The translations under genes were made by a program, and so were the position numbers. From assembly GCA_028023455.1 (NCBI GenBank), contig JAQFVV010000003.1:5580001-5644000 (forward strand): a stretch of 64,000 nucleotides of DNA, read 5' to 3'. How positions within the stretch are numbered: position 1 is the stretch's first letter; each line of letters starts with the position of its first letter. The notes beneath the pieces were generated by a model. The model was not told where the DNA came from, did no database searches, and worked only from the letters and a program-made list of their open reading frames with translations. This stretch comes from Epiperipatus broadwayi. Lineage: Eukaryota > Animalia > Onychophora. Below are positions 24,245-38,178 of the stretch, piece by piece.

Positions 24245-27200
24245 GATTATTTATCTTTTCGACGTGTGTGATCAAGTGTGTCAGCAATATGAGATAGCAT
24301 AGATAATTGAGAGTCGTGTAAAAGTCTGAGTTCAAACCCCTATATACTATAGGTTAAAAATATTATTCTCCAAAATATTATATTTGAATTTTGAAAACTT
24401 AAAAAAAAAATTGTGTTTAATTTCATTATTGTAATATTTTAATTTATTGTTAAATAATAAATTTGTTTATTACTGTTTTAAAGTAATATTAAATTATGAT
24501 GTTTAGAAATCCAGACAGTTAAAAAAAGTCTATTATTAGAATATATGCATTGACAAGTAATTAAGATCATCATATTAATTATCAATTCATAATGCTCTAA
24601 ATCCGTTTATCATTAATTTTGTTGAGATCACATGATTTTCTTGTCACATGTTGGCAATTATTAATTAGCTAGCTGATTAATTAACTAATAAACTGGCTAA
24701 TTAACTTGTGAATCTATTAATCAATTAGTCTTCTGGGGTCTCCTTCCAAATTGGCCCATTCTTTTCACTGCAGTTTGACTATTAAATATACATAGTTATG
24801 AAACTTTATCAGAAGAAACCATACAACTTGTAACTTTTTTTTTATTTTTTATCAAAAACAGGTTTATTCAACTATGTATACAACAAAAGAAAAAAAAATA
24901 GCAAAAACTTGATAACGTCATAGATATCATTATGTAAAATTATTTTATTTTGAACTATCATCAACTATTAATTTATTGTTGTGCTAAATACTTTAAATAA
25001 AATTAAAATCATTGTGCTGCTATTATTGATACAAGAATTATGCTTAATATCACGAATAACTTATTAAGTCTTTATATTAAAACTAGTTATAAACTTTATA
25101 GTGATTTGCTGTTACAATTTTAATGGCAATTATATTCTTCGTCTTGCAACATTTTTGCTAGAAATAAAAAAAAAAAAGAAATTTGAACTATATGCCTACC
25201 ATTTAAGAAAAGATAATTAAAATAGCTGTAAACTCTAATAATTCTGGATATTTGAAATATATTTACCTTATCTTTGGAATAAATTATTTTGACAATGATA
25301 TGCTTTCATAATTATGTAAGGATAATTTTGTACAAGTTTGTATTGTTTTACTAGCATTTATCAATAAAACTTGTTAGAACAATTAGCATAGCCCTTTATT
25401 TTGTATTTACAAGCTTAAGAAAATTAAGTCATGTGATATATAACTTTAATTTTTATCGATGTTTATTTAAATGTTTGTATAACTAAGAAAAGAAAATCAT
25501 TTCATTCCAAGGAATTGTATTCTGTCTTCAAAAATAATGTGAATGATTCACTCTTTATTTTAAAATAAAATATATTTTCTGAAATGTGCTCTATTGTACT
25601 AAATTTGGTCATGTGATATAAAAGAAATGCTTCAGATTATGCCAGTGCTCTATGCACTGCCTCAGGTATTGAATAATTATTTATCAATTTGTGATCTTGA
25701 ATCATTAAGCTATTTCTTAACAAAATATTCTGAAGTATGATGGAATCTTTATTTGAACTAGAACACTATGAAATGTGCTTTAGAATCAAAGATTTCAGGA
25801 GCAGGACTCATAAACTGTTTATAAGTGGTAAAAGGCAAAATAATTTTTGGGGGTATAAATTTATAAATTTTTTATATGCATGTAATATTTTTTTGATAAC
25901 AATTTGTTTCAAATTTAAATATATCATGTGTGGGTATTGGAGTTCTCAAAATATAATTGCATTATTATATAAGCAAAGGTAATATGAACACTTGGTAGGG
26001 GACTGTTTAAAGAATGGTATGGATAAATGAATGACATCTGAAGGTTATTATAATTATAAATTTCAATGCATTATCTCTAAAGAAATGTACAGCAAAGCTT
26101 TAATAATGTTACTTAAGCACATCATGCTTAGTTAAAGTTATTGAAGCCTTGCTCTATGTGTTCTGCATATGTGGATATTATGTATGATTTTATAAATTGT
26201 TAATTTCTAATTCTTATGACAAATTATTTTATTATGAATAAAATGTGTTTTATCGGTCTTTCATATGTTGTTTTTAAATTATGCCTTTAAAATATAGTAC
26301 TTCATAGATGAATAAATAGTGTGTTGGCCAATTTATGATGGTCTATTATTGCCAAGTTTTTCTTAAGATTAAATGTTTTGAGACTAATGATACACTTGCA
26401 TTATTAGATAAGTGTGGACTTTTGATTAACCCATCATTTTTCCTATCCTATCTATTAGTATTAGGAATAAAATGATGAAAGCATGTGTATTATGATCTAT
26501 GTCTTTATCTGTTCTTGATATCATCAGAGTAGTTTTTAACATGATTATGGTGTTAATATGCATAACATGAATATTTAATTTGCAAGGACAATGATAAAAA
26601 CATGCTCTGTCTAAAATTAAGGAGTTATCTTATGTATGATTAGAGAATTGTACATCCTCCACAACTTAATGTCATTCTTTTATTGACAACATTGTCAGTT
26701 AAATACAGTGATGAAAGGTTCTTATACTATTATTATAGTTCGAAAGATAGCTAGACTTTAAATACAAGAGAGAACTTTATTTACTCATAAATAATATTTT
26801 CTTTTATGAATTTAAATTGATTATCAAAATATTGTCATAATTATTTTGTTTTGGTTATATTAAAGTATAAAGTATTTATATATTTTATATTAAAATAAAA
26901 TCTTTATTTTCTTCTTAATTTATGATTTTGTCTTTATTATCATCATCTGCATAATCAGAAAAGCCAAATCACAAATTTATAATAATATTCGAGTTTCAAG
27001 GGTGCATATTATGTAAAAGTCATGTAATTAAAATTTATGCAGCGTAGTGCTGAAGTTACCTCAATATTTAAGATTATTTTGACTATATTATTTTAGTTTT
27101 AAGTATAAGGAAACTTCACAATTTCCTTTCTTACTTATTGCATCACAAATGTAATTACATGTTGTTGAGCTTGATAGATTTATGAAGAAACTCTGAGAAT

Positions 27201-30200
27201 ATGGAATTTATAATTTATTTATTTGTTGTTAAAGTTACTTATGAACTAAGGATTGCAAGTAAAAAAGATAAATTTATTTTAATAGCTCTTTATTATTTAT
27301 TCCTTTTAAAACAGTTTAACTAGTAATGTTTATATTGTTCATAAGATTATTGTAACCTGTAAATATGTGTTAAATAAGAGTGATCAAAATAGAAGAGACT
27401 CATTATTAAATGTTAACCTGAACTATTTATTTATAATTTGTATCAACATATTTCAGAAGAATAAATAATGTCTCATTATACACTAAGATATAGTAGTGAT
27501 ATGATTCGAACTTGAGATATAAAGCATAATGTAAAATTACAATTATAATATGATTTGTTGATTAATGTGATAGATACATTCAGATTTAGTATTAAATGAT
27601 ATATGAAATGTTTCATGACTATATGATTATTGTATCATCATTATTATGAGTACAATAGAGTATATTTTGGGCATTCATGATGATAGCTATAAATTCAATG
27701 GTAAGTAGCATGCCACTAAAGGTTATAGTATATATAGTACAAAGATAAAAGTAAAACTATTTTTATATAACTCTTTTCAAAATAGAGATCTTTTCAATTC
27801 TTACAGAAAAAAAAAAGAATAAAGCATTCTTTCCAAGGCTTGACAATTGCTGAATAATGAGGTATTTGTGGGCTTTTTCATTATTGTTTTACTCTCTAAG
27901 AAGAGCTAGATACCTGTTAAATGACTACCATTGGACAGGTAGTATGCTGACTTTGAGTGGCTATTGATTATTCAAACATACAATAAATGATTTCACATTA
28001 GAATAAATAGTGAATTATTGCCCCTAATAACATATGATGAATGTAAACAGAAATAATGTGACATTTTATTGGAATATCTTATTTCTGGTAATGATCAAAA
28101 TTGACTTATTACATGGACATATTGTCTTTTGCCAAAAAACACATCGGAGTCAGCAAATTTATTTTTAATAGATATCTAAATACATATCTAAGTATATAGT
28201 AATTATATGTGAACTATATTTTGCTTTACTCATCTAATTCCACATTATCTTGAAAATTGATGACATTCAAATAAATTAAATGTTTAGATAGATTTCACAC
28301 ATTTCAGTTTTAATTTATTAAAATTTTTATATAATGTTTACTTATATATATATATATATATAAACATATTTTTAGATTTATCTATGTATACATTTGTTTA
28401 TTAATATTAACATTGCACTGATGCAATACAGGAACACATTTGACATTGTCCAGGTAGTCTGATGTATTGCAGGATCACACTTGACAATATCCAGGTAATA
28501 GCATCACTCAGGTAATAAGTACGCTTATATGCAACTATAGAGAAGCTTGTTATTTTTATAAATTAAATACGGCTTAGCGCTTTCGAGAACTTATGGCGTT
28601 CTCGTATTCATAGCAAGATGAATAGAATAATATATATATATACATAACAAATATGAGGTACATCTTTGCATTTTTTATTCTTAAAAATATTTGCTTTAAT
28701 ATAAATAAATTAATGAAAATATTCATTTTTTTTTTTTTTTTGCTAAAACCGCCCTAACTTTCAAACCACCATCTTTCTAAAAAAAGTATTTTTACATTTC
28801 TAATAAATTCTACTAATTGATTAATACTAATTAAGCTGATGTTCGAATGTGAGACAATTTACTGCAATTCATTAATATAGAAAAAGGATATGTAAGTAAT
28901 TGATTATTCATTGTATTCAGTTTGCTTTCATCTCAGCATAACAATAAAATTTATACAGCTAAAAGAGAAGACTGAGTTATTCAATCAATTTATTTTTGAA
29001 ATTTACCAGAAGGCGTCAATAAGCTAGACAAATTGCAAACAATTACCCAAGACAGTGAAAAAGAATTGAGCAATTTAATATAAATATATAAAAAGCAGAA
29101 CTTATAAAATGTTTTGTTTTTTACAGATATTTAAAAAACCAAGTAAAACAGATAACAAATCTTAGGTATAGTAATTAGAGCAACTGCCTGCTGTGCCCAT
29201 AATCTGGTGTTCAAATCCAAGTCTGGAAACCTTGGAGTCTGGTGAACTTTGAACATTTTTTCACGCTTAGAATTTTTCTTCCAATTGTTAATCGGCACAA
29301 ACATGGATATATAATTGTCATTTTTTAAAAGATACAAATTACAAGTTATACTGAGTAGATCAAATAACTATCAATAAGCTGTCTGTACAAAATTACAACA
29401 CAGACGATGTAGTATGGTGTTGCCTTCAACACTGATAAAGAGAGAGTGACATTCCTATGAATGCTGAATTCACAGTTTTCCAATAAATAAAACGATGAAC
29501 AGATATTATTCTTTGTAATCAATTATCAGTCAGTTGTTATGCAAATTGATATCAAAAGCATTTTATAAAAAAATATTTATTGTTTTAATACCCCCCCCCC
29601 CAAAAAAAAAAAAACACACAGTAATTTTGATATTTCAAATAAATGAAATAAACAAACAAACATAATTAAAATATGATAGTTTATCCACAGCTGAGAAGGA
29701 TTTATATATACTTATGGATAATGAATCAGTAATTTACTTTATATATAATTTTCCCAAGAATTATTTTTTTTTTTTATTATTAAAATCAACATTTTTTAAT
29801 AAATAGGAGTTTCATAAAAAGTACACTCCATATGAGATTCTAATCTAAGAAATGTTACATACATTGATACAGTTTTCTTAATATATTTCCATTGAATACA
29901 GATATAACAAAGTCTTTAAAAAAAGATATTGTATATCATGTATTGCCTGTCTATGATTGAATTCAAATCTAAATAAATCTTGTTTTTTTTTTTCAGGATT
30001 CAAGTAAATTTAGAATTTTTTTTTACTTGTAGATCATTATAGTTAAATCAAATAAGCTATCTAATTATTACTCAAAAATGATTTATTATAATATTACATG
30101 AAAGGTAAAATTAGACAGATATTTGTCAATATGTTAACTGTAAAATTATGCTTGTAATTGAATGTAATCTTTACTACTATTGAAAGAGTCTTTTAGAAAC

Positions 30201-32847
30201 AACTGAGTCCCTGGTTTTAAAAAATAAAAATAAAAAATAGTGTGAAATTGCACCAGTAATTTCAAGAGCTTCAACCATAGTGCACATATTAATCCATAAA
30301 CACAAAAACACAGGTTGATGAACATTAATCTGATTTTATTGCTTCCAAAGCTTTTTAAATTAATTATTATTTTGGTTTAAAAATGTCATGTAATTAAATG
30401 ATCTCTGATTTTTTTTATTACATATTTCCAATATTTTTAAAACATTATATGATTGTGGAAATTTAAACAAATACTAAATATTAATATTAAATAATAACAA
30501 TAACTATTAATTTTATTATCCATAGTATATGCGTTTACAATAAGTTCTGCATATTATAAAAAATAATTCGTTAAACATCAGTATAGTATATAATATAGAA
30601 ATAAAACAAACTAACTCATTCTTTTTAAAACTTGTTTTTTTATATGACTATAATCATGAAAAATAAATAAATAAATAAATCCGTTTCGACTATTTTATAT
30701 AGTCTTTTTCAAGACACACTAAAATAAAATAATATATATATAAAAAATAACACATATTCCCAAAAAATAAATAAATAAATAAAAATTACAAAATATATTC
30801 ATAATCAAAAAATTTATCTTATCTCGCTCCCCTTTTATATTACCGACAATCATAACTTAAACACAAACAATTTCCTTTTTTTTTTTTTTAAATATATATC
30901 CTTTAAAACATTTAATTAAAAATCTATTATTTTCTTTTCTGTTTTTCTATTAACATCCTATTTGATTCTGTTTTTTTTTTCATTAATGTATACACTTTCT
31001 TTTATCATCCTTTCATTATATGACTTAATACATTCCAAAGGCTTTATATCAAAATCCCCAAGCTTAAATTTATTCACGTGAATGTAAACAGCAGAATTTT
31101 TATCACCTAAATGCTGTTTTAATTCAGTTTTTAATTTATTCTTTATATATTAAATTATTTGATTTATCAGCATAGTATGTTTATAATAACAAAAAAGTAA
31201 ATAAAAGTTTTCTAATCATGTATATTTTTTAACTTCATTTTCTTGTAGTAAAATGTATATATTATTTTTTAAATAATATTTAGTGAGTAAAGCTTAGTTT
31301 TTCTCTTTATGCAAGGTTGTAAATAACATTACATAAATATTATGTATTGAATTGAAATGTGTTTTAAAATGTTAATGATTGAAGGGTTGTTTACTTTAAA
31401 AAAAAAAAAAAAAATTGCTATGTTTTAAAGTGAGAGTGAATGTCCAATTTATAATGGAATTGGGACAATTTTCTCTTTCCACTCAATGTGAATAGCTAAA
31501 AAAAACAACCCAAAATGAGACTTTAAACTTATTCTCAATTAGACATGTAAGATTATGTCATATAGGGTGTTTGTTTTTAAAATATTATGTCAATTTATTT
31601 ACTGAATTATATTTTTAATGTGTGCATTAATTTATTTAATCTAACTAAATAAAAATATTTGAGTAAATCTTAAACTTATTCTAAAATAATAAATATCAAT
31701 TTAACGTGAAAATTTGAAGTGATCCAGAATTCTAATTGTGGTCTGATTAGAGGACATTTAAAATGATCAGTTTGGTAGTTAATGAAAATGATCAGCTTGT
31801 AATCTCAATTGTAATATAATTTATCTGTTTCATTTATATATTGATTCTTAAATACTTTATACTTTTTATTTTTATATTCATCATCTAACTATTTTTATTT
31901 ACATTTTGTTAATCATTTATATCATTCAATGTAACTAAATTTTATATACAAATAAGTGAATAATTTTTGAATTTCCAATACTTGTTATTTGAATGTATAT
32001 TGTCAAAGTATTTATTTAATGATTTATCAAACTATTTATTTTTTGATTTCTATTTTTTTATCAACTTATAATTAATCTTTCATAAGACACTAATTTAGTA
32101 ATATATCCCTATCATCTTTATAGAATAAAGAACTCGTTAGATTTTATGAAGTAGCTCTAATTTCAAGATGGTATAATTATGTTAAGGAATTCCAATTTAC
32201 CACACTGATGAAGAAGCGTTATCAGCTGAGTGTAATGCCTTATTTTTTAATTATCTCACTATCCAACTGTAGAGATTAACCATCTTGATGTTAGTTTGCC
32301 ATTGCTTAAGTTTATAGCATTTAGAGCTGTATGAAAAACTTTAAGAAACTCTTTGTATCATTAATGTTAGATATATTTAGTTCTTTTACTAGGATTGTAT
32401 ATATCAAACAAAACATTTCATAATTTTATCACTTTGTATTCAACTCCAAGATTAGAAGTAATAATTCACTATATTTACTTTACTCCAACCAAATCCTCAC
32501 AATAGTTTCTGACTATTGGCCTTTATCATTGAGAAGCATTAAATGTGTGAAAATATATCCAGCAACCAATTTTATTTTTTTAAATACTATTTAACCTAAT
32601 GAATTAAGATTAAAACAATTTAAAGATGTAAAACCATCTAGAATATTATAATAATATATAGTTCTGATGCCAAGCCAGTAATTATATATTTTTGGTATAT
32701 ATATATACCGATCCAATGTCAATGGTTGGTTAACTGTCACGCTGTTATTAGCTGGACAATAATCAAATAATCATGGTTTGTCAAAAGGGTCATTCCACTA
32801 ATTAAATGATTGCTTATATAATGATATCACCTTCTTTAGTGTAGAAA

Positions 32848-33217
32848 TGACGTCACACATTATGGATGCTGAGTTTGTGGTTGGTTATTTGTTGTCAATT
32901 AATGACAGTGAAAATGTTCTAAGCAATAAAAAAGTCAAGGCATAGATGAATTGAATACGTAAAGTCGATCGATGCAGTACTGCATTACTGTTTTTAATTT
33001 ACTTTTTTTTTTCAACCTAGTCAGAAAAGATTTTTAAAAGATTTTCAACTTTTATAATTAACTTTTTGTCTGTAATATAGAAAGAAGCTTGTAATAACCC
33101 AACTAATATTAATTGGTAATTAAAGTTTTAAAAAGAAAAATTCAAATGTTAATTTGACTGTACTGATGGCGCTATCATTTGTTTAAAATTAACTTGACAT
33201 CACGTGGTCAATGTCAA
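32848..33217. promoter_or_regulatory. Candidate promoter-like motif cluster
   Basis: CRE TGACGTCA (32848-32855), YY1-like GATGGCG (33165-33171), E-box CACGTG (33201-33206) inside a TTGACAT/ATGTCAA hairpin; CpGs retained locally. Confidence 0.3.
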
Positions 33218-33989
33218 GAAATAATGAAAAAGTCTGTATAACTAACTTAAAAATCTAATTTTTATCAGTAAAACTTTCATATAAAGAGTTTTAAAATTAT
33301 ATTCTTAGATAATAAATATTTACAAAAAAAGAGACAATATTATGCTTTTTATACATATAATAATGTTGTGATACAATTCTATTAGATTATCCTTCTATGC
33401 CTACGATATGAGTATGAACCAGATCAAGATTTTTCGTTTAAATAAGTGGCCATTATTCACCTCAACCATTAATTCAATATTGGTTGATATATGGATATCT
33501 AATTATTCTTAGCTAGAAAATTAATAAAAAATAAAAAAATGCTAAACCCTAATTAGCCAAGACTTGGCAAGACTTGTGAAAATTATATCAACTTTTAATA
33601 TTGATGTTTTTGGCTTGCATTACTCCACTTAGCAAGGCCAATTAGTAACCCAAAACTCATTTTAAGCAAGAATATACATAAAGAATAAGTAGTTGTAATG
33701 GTTTTCTATGGGGAAAAATTTGGCTGGATACTCTGGCTAAAAAATACATTATAATATGTAAACAAACAATTTAATCTAGTATCTATAGTAATTAAATTTT
33801 TTTCTTAATATGCATTATACACTTGTATAAAATGTGCAATGGGTATTATGCAAGTATGTACTTAAAGTATGTATGGTATTGCAAGTTAAATCTATGTACA
33901 ATATACTTATTTCAAAGTTATTTCCAGTTATTCATTCATTAATCATAATTATCTAGTTTTCTGAATCATGAATTGCTTGTTCTAAGTCC

Positions 33990-34304
33990 ATAGTTGTCTT
34001 CCAAATTTTTGATGATGTTGAGTTTTTTAAAGAAGTACGCCAGATGATGACTGAAGATTTATGCATCTTGGGTGTGTTTTTTTTTTATATAAGATGCCTT
34101 GATGATTTTGGAAATTTTGGATGCATCTACAATGGGTTGAGCACTTTGTTCTATTTTGTCTTTGTTTTTAAAAATAGAGGTGATAGTAAATATAGGTAAA
34201 CCCTAAGAAGAACAGATATCATGATTTCCTTCTCTTTTCAGTTGTCTTAAAATATCCATTTCTGTTTCCAAGCACAGATATTTTCTTGTTTTTTTCATGG
34301 CCAT
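33990..34304 (-). mobile_element. Decayed Tigger/pogo transposase N-terminus (CENP-B-type HTH)
   Basis: MAMKKTRKYLCLETEMDILRQLKREGNHDICSS*GLPIFTITSIFKNKDKIEQSA. Confidence 0.65.
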
Positions 34305-36149
34305 ATTAGTTGCAACCATGATTCTAATTGAAAATATATGTAGCAATAAACTTTTAAACATAATCACAAAAAAAATAAAAAAAAATCTTTCATTGGCCTA
34401 AAGTTCAGCAAAATGGATGAGAAAATGAAAGTAAACTAGCAAGTAATAATTTTGTTTTTTGCATTCTTCCATGCAACTGTTTCTCATTGTTCTGAAGAAA
34501 AAAATCCATACCTGAAGTTTTATTTTTTTCAAATTTGTACCACTGTAATATATTATTTATTGGAAATTATTTAGAATTTCATTACAACTTATTCAATTGA
34601 TTATAAAAACTTGTTATTTATCATTAGTGTAAGTATAGAAAAATTAGCATACTGTACATTATCAAAAAATTAACTTTTTAAAAAAAGTATTCTGACATAT
34701 TAAAAAAGAAAAAAATGTGTCTAATGCATTTTGTATTTGCATATTGTAATCAGTATTTAAATTTTTTTACAGTATGCAGATTTAAATAAACTGTGCTTTA
34801 TATACAAAATGCCAATAGTGGCATTTTTTTTTTTGCCACAAAATGTTGCATTTTATTAATGTGATAGACATTTTCTTTGAAATGACTTAGCATTTTTTGA
34901 TTAGTGCTGAGGACGAAAGAGATGAGAACGATTTAAATAAATATTAAAGGTATAAATCTTTTTCTGTTTATTTGTATGCAATTTTGTACATGTTTTTTTA
35001 AAACCAAATATATATTTACATTAAGAATTTTATGTTGAATAAAATTTTCATTTCTACATTTCTATATATGTGATAACATTATGAGATGTTTTAAAATCAA
35101 GCAAATAGATTGTGTTATTTTTAATTTAGATTTATTAACTTTTAATCATATAAAGTTCATTATTATGAAATCATATTGTTTTCCAAAATAATAATTATGA
35201 TAACTAAATTACAGTATGATAATCATAAATTTTGACATAAGCAAAGTACTGTTAGTAACAATTTTAATCCATAAAAGTAAGTAAATATATTGTACAGTTT
35301 TTAAACTAATGCACACATTTTAAAATTTAATACATATTAATGTATTTGGTTATTGTATGTCATTAAAATATGATTTTGATTAATATTATACTGAATAAAA
35401 CACTTTTGAGGAGAACTTTGTAATCATTAATGATGAAAATCTTTACTTGGTATATATCATTAATGAAGAACTGATTGTCTTGCAAAAATGCTCGATGAAA
35501 ATTAAATAAAATATTGTATATTCATTAATCATATTTTAAGTTTATAATCAAAATATTGTATACAGTACTAATACTATTTACTATATAAATTCTGTACTAT
35601 ATAATTTCAGCATGAAAGTTAGTATTTTGTTTTTTGTATGAAAGTATTAATAACTATTCTATGACATCATTAGTCTTACAAACTGATGGCTAAAATATTT
35701 TTTATGATTGTTATAATGAATAATCAATTGTAAATAAAAATAGTGGGTATAAATTGATGATGATTACTATAGTGAATCCTTGCATAAAAGGACATGTGCT
35801 AAATGAGGTATAGTTATACTAAATATATCAGCTTTGAAATTAAAAATGATTGATGAATTAAAAGTACAAAAATCATTAATTGTCTATAAACAATTAAAGG
35901 GAGATGAGTTTCTGACTTTACAGGAAGATTTAAAAATGACTCATGGATTAGAAGACTCCTTATCAGCTTAATTATTTAGAGATTATTTGTTTTAATCTTG
36001 GAATATACTAATCTACAATTTGTTCAATAATCTTCAGTTGTAATTAAATGTGTACTATTGATTTCTTTATATTTGCTTTTAACTACATTGCAATCTGTAA
36101 ATTACTGTTTTGAATGTGGATTGTTTAAAGTCCTCTTTAGTAATTTTTT

Positions 36150-36870
36150 CTGATACCATTATTTTTAATAACTGAGCTAAAGTGTATTATTTTTTCCAAC
36201 AAATGTACAAAGTATCTATAAGAAAAATTGCTATTGGTGCAATAATATATCCAAAAAAAAATCTTTTTTATATCTGTACTTTCTGAATATAATATTGCAA
36301 CATAAACATGAGAACCAATGAACAAAGCAATCACTGATATATCTAGAAATACCAAGAATAGAAGATATTAAGATATATCTCACAGCAAATTCAACACCAC
36401 ACAGTCTTCTTTGACTCAATTGTTTTCCAATCAAACTGACTCTGAAATTAGGTCTTGGGTCCATAACAGTGAAACTTCTTATCATGTATTGCATTTAGAA
36501 AAAAATTGAAAATACCATTATAATTACCACTATATCCTACTTGTAGACATGATGGTTCAGCCTGAGTCAAGAAATAAGCTATTGATGCTTTTTAGTTCCT
36601 TTTATATCTAAGAAGACTAGAGAAGCCTTAGATCCAATTCCAAATTGACTTGTTGTTGTATTGCATCTTGCAAGATCAAAGCTAAGAATTTACAAAGTGT
36701 TTTTAAATCTTTATGTCAAAATATTTTGCTCACTTTAACATACATATTATTAATAGAAAAAGTAAAAAAATGAGTCATAATTTTATGAGCACATTATTGG
36801 ATAATGAAAGAGACTTATAAAATACTGATTAGTGCATCTGCTGCTGATGTCCATAACCTGAAGTTTGAAT
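36150..36870 (-). mobile_element. Decayed Penelope-like reverse transcriptase
   Basis: Ordered motifs across frameshifts: VMDISSRCTN (DxSLYTN-like), YNNK..QFGIGSKAS, YK*DIVVIIW, MDPRPNF, FLDISV, LYSESTD. Confidence 0.55.
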
Positions 36871-37957
36871 CTGAGATGAGTGAATCTTGGACAATTTTAT
36901 GGATGACAAATAAGCTTAGAATTATTTTTTCAGTAGATAACCTATAACTAAATCAAATAGTCATTTACTAGACAGTAAATAGATATCCAGCTTTTCTTAG
37001 TTATAAGATAAAGTTTCCAGATTGACCTGAATTAGTTTTACAATATACTGACTATAAATGTATGATCAAAGTATGAAGTAATGTGGAAAATATTATATTT
37101 CCAAAACAATGATTCTACTTTTAACTTTTTTGCCTTAAATTAAACAATTCCATTGTCACACTTAACAAAGTGAGAAATTCAAAATAGTTAGATCCTATAA
37201 CCACTATAAATGATTGACGTTTATATAGTGAAAAAAGGAAAATGAAAAAAAAAAAGAGCATAGAAAGTGTTTATGTATATAATATAGAAATATATATCAC
37301 TAAATAGTTTACAAATTTTAAACTGTAAAATTATGTATAGAAGTACTCTGTCATCTGACATACTGAAATGATCAAACTTCAGCTATATGGTTGATTTTTG
37401 CAATAGTAATTCATATACATATTTGGTGTATATTTCAATTTTAGAAGATTATTTGAAATTTTATTAAATTTGGTTCAAATTTTTTTCTAAAACATGGTCA
37501 TTTCTATGCCATTACTTTATAAACAATTATTATTTTCAAATTGCAAGTGTCACAGATAAAGTTTCAATGTGATTATAAATTAATTCTTAAGCAATTGTAA
37601 TTTTTATTGCACTACTATCATAACTTCATCTTTTCAAATTATTGTGGCATTGTAACAGTCTACAACAATCCCTCTAATATTAAAAAACAACAACAGTTTT
37701 GTTATAAATTGAAACCAGCTTTCACAATATTTAGCTAATGGAAGGATATCTATGATAAAGTCTCACTGATATTGTTTTTCTAAAATCACATGAATGGATA
37801 TTATGCTGTCTCAATAATTCTATTGTGCAGGATTTTGTGTTACAAAACAAGCTACTTTACTGTGAATCCTTTCTTATTTTTAATAAACTGCACTAAATTG
37901 GTGGATCAGTGATATAGTAATCTGCCAATGAATACATTTTCCTGAATTTATTTCTGA

Positions 37958-38045
37958 CAATGTGGTTAGCACAGCTGCCTTACAAGCAATTGTTCCAGAT
38001 TCACAGGTTCACTTCCGGGATACTGCTTTGACACATAAAAAAAAT
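37958..38045 (+). mobile_element. Short tRNA-derived SINE (same family as 17776-17846)
   Basis: TGTGGTTAGCAC A-box; GCTGCCTTACAAGCA shared with 17.8 kb copy; ends TGCTTTGACAC + A-tail. Confidence 0.5.
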
Positions 38046-38178
38046 TTGACTTTTTTGCTAAATTAAACTATAATAACTTCTTTTATATACACTTTAATGC
38101 AAAATTTTTTTTAATAAAACTTATATATATATATATATGTGAAGTAATTGTTATATATTTATATCATTCAAATATTGT

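Larger units (their letters stand above)
23721..24347 (-). mobile_element. Family A composite insertion 3 with 11-bp TSD, opposite orientation
   Basis: TATAGGTTAAA at 23710-23720 and 24348-24358; inversion junction near 24134. Confidence 0.8.

Noticed and set aside
32122-32168. Exon-like NKELVRFYEVALISR bounded by AG/GT
   Set aside because: Single short candidate with no homology I can recognise.
32206-32235. CTGATGAAGAAGCG
   Set aside because: No stem II and no GAAA.
32862-34950. Putative spliced micro-ORF from ATG 32862 to the exon-like segment at 34904
   Set aside because: The first frame terminates at TAG (MDAEFVVGYLLSINDSENVLSNKKVKA*) before the donor site.
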